Below, piece after piece: positions 55,284 to 64,000 of a stretch of DNA of 64,000 nucleotides. The notes under the pieces are model-generated. The model searched no databases. It was not told where the DNA came from and saw only the letters and a list, made by a program, of their open reading frames with translations. Source of the stretch: TPA_inf: Saccharomyces. Its lineage: Eukaryota. Both the position numbers and the translations under genes were made by a program. Location of the stretch: contig BK006945.2 of NCBI GenBank assembly GCA_000146045.2, positions 608,001 through 672,000 on the forward strand. The letters are read 5' to 3'. How positions within the stretch are numbered: position 1 is the first letter of the stretch; the number at the start of each line of letters is the position of its first letter.

Positions 55284-57002
55284 TTACATCATACCTGGCA
55301 TTCCTGGCATACCACCTGGCATACCACCAGCGCCAGCAGCTGCTGGTGGTTCTGGGGCATCAACAATAGCAACTTCGGTAGTAGCTAATAGTGAGGCAAC
55401 ACCAGAAGCATCAACTAAACCGGATCTAACCACTTTAAATGGATCGATGATACCAGTGGCTAACATGTCGGTGTATTCTGACTTAGAGGCATCGTAACCC
55501 TTGGCAAAATCATCACCATATTCATCAATCAATTTGCCGATGATAACTGAACCTTCTTCACCAGCGTTTTCAATGATCTGCTTGGCTGGTCTTGTAATGG
55601 CCTTTCTTATGATATCGACACCCAATTTTTGATCGAAATTGTCGACAACAACTTCATCCAAAACTCTAGATGCCTTCACTAAGGCAGTACCACCACCTGG
55701 CAAGATACCTTCCTCAACTGCAGCTCTGGTAGCGTTCAAAGCATCATCGTAACGGTCCTTCTTTTCACCAACTTCAACTTCAGATGCACCACCGACCCTG
55801 ATGACAGCAACACCCCCGGACAATTTGGCCAAACGCTCTTGCAGTTTCTCCTTCTCATATGAATTTGTGGTGGTAATGTCGATGGAGCCTTTGATTTGTT
55901 CAATTCTCTCTTGAATAGCTTCCTTTGGACCACTACCGTTCAGGATAACGGTGTCTTCCTTAGTAACGGTAATAGAGTCACAAGAACCCAAGTTTTCTAT
56001 GGTACATTGTTCTGGTTTCAAATCCAACTCCTCAGTAAAAACAGTACCGCCCGTCAAGACTGCAATATCACCAATTGTATTCTTTCTATTATCACCGAAA
56101 CCAGGCGCCTTCACAGCACAAACCTTAACTTGACCCCTCAACTTGTTCAAAATACAAGCCGCAAGAGCTTCACCGTCAACATCTTCAGCAATGATCAACA
56201 AAGGTCTTCTGCTTTGATTGGAAATTTCCAAAGCTGGCAAGATATCTTGAATGGAAGAAATTTTCTTTTCACTCAACAATAGCAATGGCTTTTCAAATTC
56301 CACCTTGCTCGACTTTGGATCAGTGATGAAGTATGGAGAAATAAAACCACGATCAAACCTCATACCTTCAGTAACCTCAAGTTCATCTTCCAATGTTCTA
56401 CCTTCTCTGATAGTGATGACACCTTCTTTTCCAACCTTTTCCATAGCTGAAGCTAGTAACTTACCAACATGAGAGTCCCCATTGGCAGAAATGGTTGCTA
56501 CTTGAGCAATTTCCTCAGATGTGGTAATTTCTTTCTTGTTGGCGCTCAAAAATTCAATCACTTTTTCAACTGCAACTTGAGAACCCCTTCTCAAATCCAT
56601 AGGGTTACAACCAGCGGCGACATTTTTGACGGATTCTGTGAAGATGGCTCTACCTAAGACAGTAGCAGAAGTAGTACCGTCACCAGCAGCCTCATTGGTT
56701 TTGGAGGCAACTTCTTGTAGTAACTTGGCACCCATATTTTCAAACTTGTCCTTCAACACAATAGATTTGGCAACTGTAACACCATCCTTAGTAATCTTTG
56801 GAGGACCGAAAGGCTGTTCGATTAAAACGTTTCTACCCTTTGGACCCAAAGTAGCAGCAACCGCTTCAGCTAAAGTTTCGACACCCTTAAGAAGGGAGGC
56901 TCTTCCTTCTACACCGAATTTCAATTCTTTATGAGAGGAGTAAGCACGACGCAATAAAGGCCTTAAAGTAGCGCGACTACGAACAACGGATGATCTCAAC
57001 AT
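55284..57002 (-). CDS. HSP60: Mitochondrial chaperonin Hsp60 (GroEL homolog)
   Basis: 572 aa from ATG 57002-57000 ([23 protein letters not shown] presequence), GGM repeat C-terminus; the track ORF extends to a GTG at 57083. Confidence 0.95.
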   Translation of the reverse strand: MLRSSVVRSRATLRPLLRRAYSSHKELKFGVEGRASLLKGVETLAEAVAATLGPKGRNVLIEQPFGPPKITKDGVTVAKSIVLKDKFENMGAKLLQEVASKTNEAAGDGTTSATVLGRAIFTESVKNVAAGCNPMDLRRGSQVAVEKVIEFLSANKKEITTSEEIAQVATISANGDSHVGKLLASAMEKVGKEGVITIREGRTLEDELEVTEGMRFDRGFISPYFITDPKSSKVEFEKPLLLLSEKKISSIQDILPALEISNQSRRPLLIIAEDVDGEALAACILNKLRGQVKVCAVKAPGFGDNRKNTIGDIAVLTGGTVFTEELDLKPEQCTIENLGSCDSITVTKEDTVILNGSGPKEAIQERIEQIKGSIDITTTNSYEKEKLQERLAKLSGGVAVIRVGGASEVEVGEKKDRYDDALNATRAAVEEGILPGGGTALVKASRVLDEVVVDNFDQKLGVDIIRKAITRPAKQIIENAGEEGSVIIGKLIDEYGDDFAKGYDASKSEYTDMLATGIIDPFKVVRSGLVDASGVASLLATTEVAIVDAPEPPAAAGAGGMPGGMPGMPGMM

Positions 57003-57199
57003 TTTGAAAACTTTTTTGCTTATGATGTTTTCTCGTGGGAATTTTCTTATATTATTCAAGGAAGTGCATGAAGACGCAACCACGACCTTACATAATGAAT
57101 GTAAAACTTAGTCTCCTTCAATATATATACATGAATGTCCGTCTGGATTCTGCTCCGGGCAAAACGAAGCAAAATTAAAGTCACCCTCCCCATTTGGTT

Positions 57200-57212
57200 T
57201 TCTGGAAAATTC
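57200..57212. promoter_or_regulatory. Heat shock element, three contiguous inverted nGAAn units (TTCtgGAAaaTTC), ~200 bp upstream of HSP60
   Basis: Perfect TTCnnGAAnnTTC read directly; HSP60 is a heat-inducible chaperone gene. Confidence 0.6.
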
Positions 57213-57843
57213 CACGAGGTCCGTATATGATGACATATACAGATGGGCGGCTATAAAGTAAGTTTCCAGAGGTAATACCAGGCAATAAACAGCTTCAATT
57301 GCTCGTAACACCATTGTATACCTACAAAAACAGTGGAATAGGGATGAGACATAACTGGCTGGAATTTCAACTGTACTTCTTTGCACAACTAGTCTTGGCG
57401 TTCTACTTGATCATTGCGCGAATGGATGCACTCGCAATAATTCCCAATAGTATAACAGGAGGAACATTTGGATGCATTAGGTATATTATTCATCTTCTTT
57501 ATCATCAAAATTTTCTCTTCCTTTATGTTACTATGTTGCTTTCTTTTAATCTATGTTTTTTTCCCTTTCAGTTGCCACCGCTTTTCTGCAAGATTCATAG
57601 TTAGATTTGCAAATCAAGGTGTTTTCGGGCCTTGTTAAAGCCTTCGCAGGCGAAGAAGAAAGGGAACGTAAGCTGCGTGAGCCGAATCTATTTATACAAA
57701 AACAATCAAAAAAGTATAACTACAGCATAAACTGTTGTATATACGTGTTGCAAAATAGGAAAGAAAAGAAGAGTAAAAGGACTCTTGATATTATCTCGAA
57801 AAAACCACAAATAGTGTAAGATTTAAACAGTAAGCCAAAAGAG

Positions 57844-59907
57844 ATGACTTTGAAACCTTCAAAGAGACGTAAGGGCAGGTCTCGCCATTCCAGGAAGAAG
57901 CAAATAACGTCAGCGATACTGACTGAGGAAGGAATAATGATCAAGGCAAAACCATCAAGTCCTTACACATACGCAAATAGAATGGCAGATAAACGAAGTC
58001 GCAGCAGCATTGACAACATCAGTAGAACTAGCTTTCAAAGCAACATCAGTAGAACTAGCTTTCAAAGCAACAGTGATAACAACAGTATATTTGAAACGGC
58101 TTCACTAATTAGCTGTGTTACCTGTTTAAGCGATACTGATACAATAGACAGATCGGAAACATCGACAACGGATACAAGTAAAGATGATCTTTCTGCTAAT
58201 CCAAAACTTCATTATCCTTCGGTGAATGGTCAATTGCCAGCAAACACCGTTATCCCCTATGGACGAATTCTGGATGCCAGATACATTGAAAAGGAACCTC
58301 TGCATTATTATGATGCCAATTCATCACCCAGTTCACCTTTAAGCAGCTCAATGAGTAACATTAGTGAAAAGTGTGATCTTGATGAATTAGAGTCTTCCCA
58401 AAAAAAAGAAAGGAAGGGCAACTCGCTATCGCGAGGAAGTAACAGTAGTAGTAGCCTCCTGACTTCCAGATCTCCTTTTACGAAACTAGTAGAGGTTATA
58501 TTTGCTAGGCCAAGACGGCATGACGTTGTACCCAAAAGGGTTTCATTGTATATTGACTATAAACCCCATTCATCTTCTCACTTAAAAGAAGAAGATGACT
58601 TGGTTGAGGAGATTTTAAAGAGAAGCTACAAAAACACTAGAAGGAACAAATCCATATTTGTGATCATTAATCCGTTTGGTGGTAAAGGTAAGGCGAAAAA
58701 ACTGTTTATGACAAAGGCAAAGCCGTTACTATTAGCAAGTCGGTGTTCCATAGAAGTGGTTTATACAAAATACCCTGGTCATGCTATAGAGATCGCGCGG
58801 GAAATGGATATTGACAAATATGACACTATTGCTTGCGCTTCGGGAGATGGCATTCCTCATGAGGTGATCAATGGGTTATACCAAAGGCCTGATCATGTCA
58901 AAGCATTCAACAATATCGCCATTACAGAAATTCCATGCGGATCAGGTAACGCAATGAGCGTATCCTGCCACTGGACAAACAATCCTTCGTACTCAACTTT
59001 ATGCTTAATTAAATCGATAGAGACTAGAATTGATTTGATGTGTTGTTCGCAGCCTTCTTATGCAAGAGAGCACCCAAAGTTATCATTTTTAAGTCAAACA
59101 TATGGTCTCATTGCAGAAACTGACATAAACACTGAATTTATTAGATGGATGGGACCTGCAAGGTTTGAATTGGGTGTAGCCTTCAATATCATACAAAAAA
59201 AAAAATATCCTTGTGAGATATATGTAAAGTATGCTGCCAAATCAAAAAACGAGTTAAAAAATCATTACCTGGAACACAAAAATAAAGGGTCGTTAGAATT
59301 CCAGCATATTACTATGAACAAAGATAACGAGGATTGTGATAATTACAATTACGAAAATGAATACGAAACCGAAAACGAAGATGAAGATGAAGATGCGGAT
59401 GCGGATGACGAAGACTCCCACTTGATATCTCGTGATCTGGCAGATTCTAGTGCTGATCAAATTAAAGAGGAAGATTTCAAAATAAAATATCCATTAGATG
59501 AAGGTATCCCTAGTGACTGGGAAAGATTGGATCCTAATATTTCGAACAACCTAGGTATCTTCTATACGGGTAAAATGCCATATGTGGCTGCTGACACTAA
59601 ATTCTTTCCGGCAGCGCTTCCTTCAGATGGTACAATGGATATGGTTATCACCGATGCAAGAACCTCGTTGACGAGGATGGCACCAATCCTGCTGGGACTA
59701 GATAAGGGTTCCCATGTTTTACAACCGGAAGTCTTACACTCTAAAATTTTGGCATACAAGATAATACCAAAGCTAGGGAACGGCTTGTTCTCTGTCGATG
59801 GCGAGAAATTTCCTCTAGAGCCCCTTCAAGTCGAAATTATGCCACGCTTATGCAAGACGTTACTGAGAAATGGCCGTTATGTGGACACAGATTTCGATTC
59901 TATGTGA
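57844..59907 (+). CDS. LCB5: Sphingoid long-chain base kinase (DAGK catalytic-domain family)
   Basis: 687 aa; DAGK_cat motifs ([18 protein letters not shown]); matches YLR260W. Confidence 0.9.
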
Positions 59908-60243
59908 CACTTTACTTAATCTTTTCCTTCGTACTGAACAATTAATCAAAAACTAGAATATGTCATTTCTATTTCTTCTATATTTTTTTTACGTTGTTGT
60001 TGTTTTTGTTGTTGTTTGATAACTTTATACACTCCATACTTCTTTATAAAAAGTTTTAATACCATTCTTTAATACAACCATGTTTAGTGAGTACTAGCTC
60101 CTACACATCAGATCGTCAAGTACATTATGATTATGATTATTATTAATATTATCAGTACAATTATTATGTGCTGGTAGTTCACTAAAAAATATGACGCACA
60201 CAAAGAGTTCTCCTTATGCCCTATAGAACTGAAATATTAGGTG

Positions 60244-60909
<666 letters not shown>

Positions 60910-61467
60910 TTATCTTTTACTGTTCAGAATCAACAGCTTCAAACACTTCTTTTCACACAACCTTAAGTGCCCAATTGTGATATTCTTACATCATACATAG
61001 TAACAATCTATATATGGGCAATATTTTCCTCCACTAATTGAGCTGTGCTGAAGGCTTTATTACCCGGAAATTATTCGGCCATTTTTCACTAGAAGTTAAT
61101 ACCAGCACTAACGAATAGAAGCACCCTATTCTACTCAAGATGCCCGGTTCATGAATAGGGAGAAGTATTTTTCTTATTTTCCTTAGCCATCTATAAATAT
61201 TTATCCTTATGCCTGTCACCACAATAGAAAAGGGTCCATTATATATCAGTTGTTTTCGTACCTCTAGAGAGACACGCAAGGGGCTTTATTTAGGAAACCT
61301 CCAAATTTGCTAGATGTAACCATTATACATAGTAATTACGATTGTAAAACATCGGAAAGAACGATATATCTTGCAAATAGCTTTTCTTTGGTAATATATG
61401 TATTTACTTAAAAAACGAGAACTAGAAAATACTGAGTAAATTTTTATTAGACGTTGTTAAAGGCCTT

Positions 61468-61662
61468 TTATTTCTTACCAGATTTTTTGATACCACCACC
61501 CACTAAAGGTTTACCACTTTTCATATTAGCCATCAAAGCTTTCTTAGCAGCAGCATCGGCCTTTTGCTTCTCTTTGAAGGCAATGTCTTCAGGATCTAAG
61601 TCCTGTTGTTGCTTCTTCTTTTGCTTTAGAGGCTTCATCTTACCACCTTGGCGACTAGACAT
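61468..61662 (-). CDS. TMA7: Translation machinery-associated protein 7 (Lys-rich, 64 aa)
   Basis: MSSRQGGKMKPLKQKKKQQQDLDPEDIAFKEKQKADAAAKKALMANMKSGKPLVGGGIKKSGKK matches YLR262C-A. Confidence 0.85.
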   Translation of the reverse strand: MSSRQGGKMKPLKQKKKQQQDLDPEDIAFKEKQKADAAAKKALMANMKSGKPLVGGGIKKSGKK

Positions 61663-62339
61663 GATTGCTTAGGGTTTTTCAGTTATTCTTCTGGTTTTGC
61701 AACTTACTGTGCGTGGAAGAGCAATCAATTACAGGATTTTAAACATGAAATTTTTTATTTTCCTCGTTCATTTTCGTCGCGGGAAACTTCCAGAAGTATA
61801 GATTTACTACAATTTTTATCTCAGGACAGAAAGAATAAACCAAAAAAGCCAAGACAAGCCAAGCCAAGCCGAGGCGACTGGAGGAGCTTTTCATCACATT
61901 CAATGACAAATCACAACAGGTTTCCCTGTTAGAAAAGGCATGTGCACTCACAATTCATATTTTCATACAGAAGATATACATTGGATTTCTGGAGATATCA
62001 GGTAAGGTTCGACAAAAACAATGGCGTTTGCCAACCCTTTATGATGGGTGATCTTGTATCCGCTTAATTGTGTGATCTAAAAAGGCAAAGTAACGTATTA
62101 TTGGCTGGTTTATATAATTTGAATATGACTACTTTTTCAACGTTAAAAACGATAAATACTTGCTCAAAGGGTTCAGCGGCTAAATAAACTACGATTTCGC
62201 AGCAGGATCAGATGGATTCAATCACATCATTCGCAAAACATTCACATCATTCGTGAAGCATTAAAGGTAATAAGAAAAATAGAACAAAGATTTTTTAATC
62301 AGTGAGGACCACAAAGGGACAGCAAATACGGTGATAAGA

Positions 62340-64000
62340 ATGGAAGGTTTGAAGAAAAAGATTTTTGGTGTTTGCCTGAAAAATGACTTAGCACAGACTA
62401 GGAATGAAACGAAAGGAATCCACTATGGGTTAATGACTTTGGAAACTTCTAAACAACTGCAGGAATTTCTCCATTTGCTAGTAATAAAGAGAGAAGTAAT
62501 TCAAAATTTTGAGTTGTTATTTCACATCATAAATGTTGCCGTTAAAATCACCGATTCAAATCTTCCAAGTGATGATATCTGGCATTTCATTTTAAAATTA
62601 AGATTTTCTTCTGAGATTAATATAGACGAAGACTCCAAAGTTTTAAATTATTTACTTGAGACTGGCATCGCAATGGAAAATCCAGTCAGTTGGAAATGCT
62701 TGGCCGTTATTAGCAGCATCCTCAGCAGTGTCCCTCAATCCAAAAAGATTATAACTAACCTGATCGAGACAGAACATGCCAAAAAGATTGGTCAGTTGTT
62801 TGATAATATTCAAGATTTGCAACAAGGAAATTTTCTGGTGGAAATTCTCTCTAACTGTTTTAAAAAAAGTGCTTCAAATTCCAAGAAAGTGGAAAAAATA
62901 CCTCAGTTATGGCAAAGCAGGTCTAAGAACAAGTTTTTCTTTGAAAATGAATTTTACCCTTTTAGCAGCAAAAATGGGAGCTTACAAACCTGCCAATTCC
63001 TGTGCAATAATTTCATGTCAACTTTATCCTTTACGGGTATTCTAAGGCAGGTTTCTTATAGCGGATCTGAAACATTAAAAAATCTCCGTATATTTAAGAA
63101 AAAAGACGATGAAAATTCTTACTTCATTCAGTGCATTTACAACAAAATCTATCTTTGGTTAGACGAAAAAGCCCCTTTGGAATTTGAAAGAAAGAAAATC
63201 AGGATTACCAAAAACTTAAAAAATAAAATTCAAATTAAATTGAGGCAACCTTTCCATGAATGTGTGAGAACTACCGCTGATAAAACAGCACTCTTATTTA
63301 ACAAAACGAAGGGGTTTCAGCTGGAATTTGAAGACGAGAAATTAGGTGAAACTTTTTTTCACAATGTCAACAATATACCTAAGATTAGTGAAGTACAAAA
63401 CTTTTTAGTTTTAGACTATATTGAAGAAGAACCAGAGAATGAAGGTGAAGAAGAAGAGCAAATCGGAAGGGCAGATGAGCAGAAAGAGGATGAAGAGGAA
63501 GAATCTCTCGATGAATTATCCACTCCCATGGTATATCCAATAAAATCATCTATTCCCCATAATCATAACGAAAAGGTTCAGTTAGTCACTCCCGACCGTT
63601 CTGTTTCCATAAGATCTGATGAATGGGATTTAAAGTCAAATACTGAAGACGAAGAAGGTAATGTTCTTGCAGACCTGAAAATAAGCAGCACTAAGGAAAC
63701 AAAAAGGCAAACAGACTACGTCCATATTGATTCAGAAGACCAGTCACCAGTAGTATCCGCTCAGATGAGAAAAATGAGAAGAGAATCTACGAAAACACTA
63801 GAAATATTGAGACAAGAGTTTAAAGATAAGGATGTACAAAACAAAGAAGACCAGTCCGAACAAATACAAAACCCGTTTGTAAATACATCCTCGTTAGTTG
63901 TAGGTAAATCCTGTCTTGTTAATCCTAAGGAAAAGCCTAATATTGATCAAACGGTAGTCGGAATAACCGAATTAAAGTCAAATTCTTCCATTAAGAAAAG
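62340..64000 (+). CDS. RED1: Meiotic synaptonemal-complex axial element protein Red1, N-terminal ~553 codons (gene continues past the window end)
   Basis: ATG at 62340, [35 protein letters not shown]...; I spot-translated the frame and it is consistent with Red1; absent from the ORF track because no stop occurs before 64000. Confidence 0.85.

Overview
This window is a gene-dense stretch of the Saccharomyces cerevisiae chromosome XII right arm, reading from EST1 (YLR233C, partial) to RED1 (YLR263W, partial). I recognise it from memory of the encoded proteins and cannot run any database search. About 30 intron-less protein genes are identifiable: EST1, TOP3, THI7, FAR10, LIP2, VPS34, CSC1, ARV1, GPN3, MAP1, CDD1, ERF2, IRC20, RCK2, YEF3, SSP120, SYM1, MCP2, NDL1, HAP1, YLR257W, GSY2, HSP60, LCB5, YPT6, TMA7 and RED1. 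Two tRNA genes are present: an intron-containing tRNA-Leu(CAA), and tRNA-Ala(AGC) on the minus strand. The main structural feature is a full-length 5,920-bp Ty1 retrotransposon (42824-48743) with 334-bp LTRs and a GATGG target-site duplication, inserted into the last codons of HAP1. The HAP1 reading frame runs into the LTR, and the displaced original 3' end of HAP1 is still visible downstream; this is the laboratory-strain S288C-type hap1 allele. This Ty1 copy itself appears defective: an A9 homopolymer where canonical Ty1 has A7 frameshifts TYB inside the integrase core. Its two LTRs are identical except for four clustered mismatches in the last 25 bp. Next to it, tRNA-Ala carries a sigma (Ty3 LTR)-like element about 16 bp upstream and a diverged solo delta LTR, a typical Pol III-targeted retroelement hotspot. 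I found no evidence of a novel or undescribed system; everything fits a well-annotated yeast nuclear region. The supplied ORF track often starts ORFs at GTG or TTG, so several of its apparent N-terminal extensions are not real. Gene boundaries below are set at the first ATG consistent with known protein lengths.
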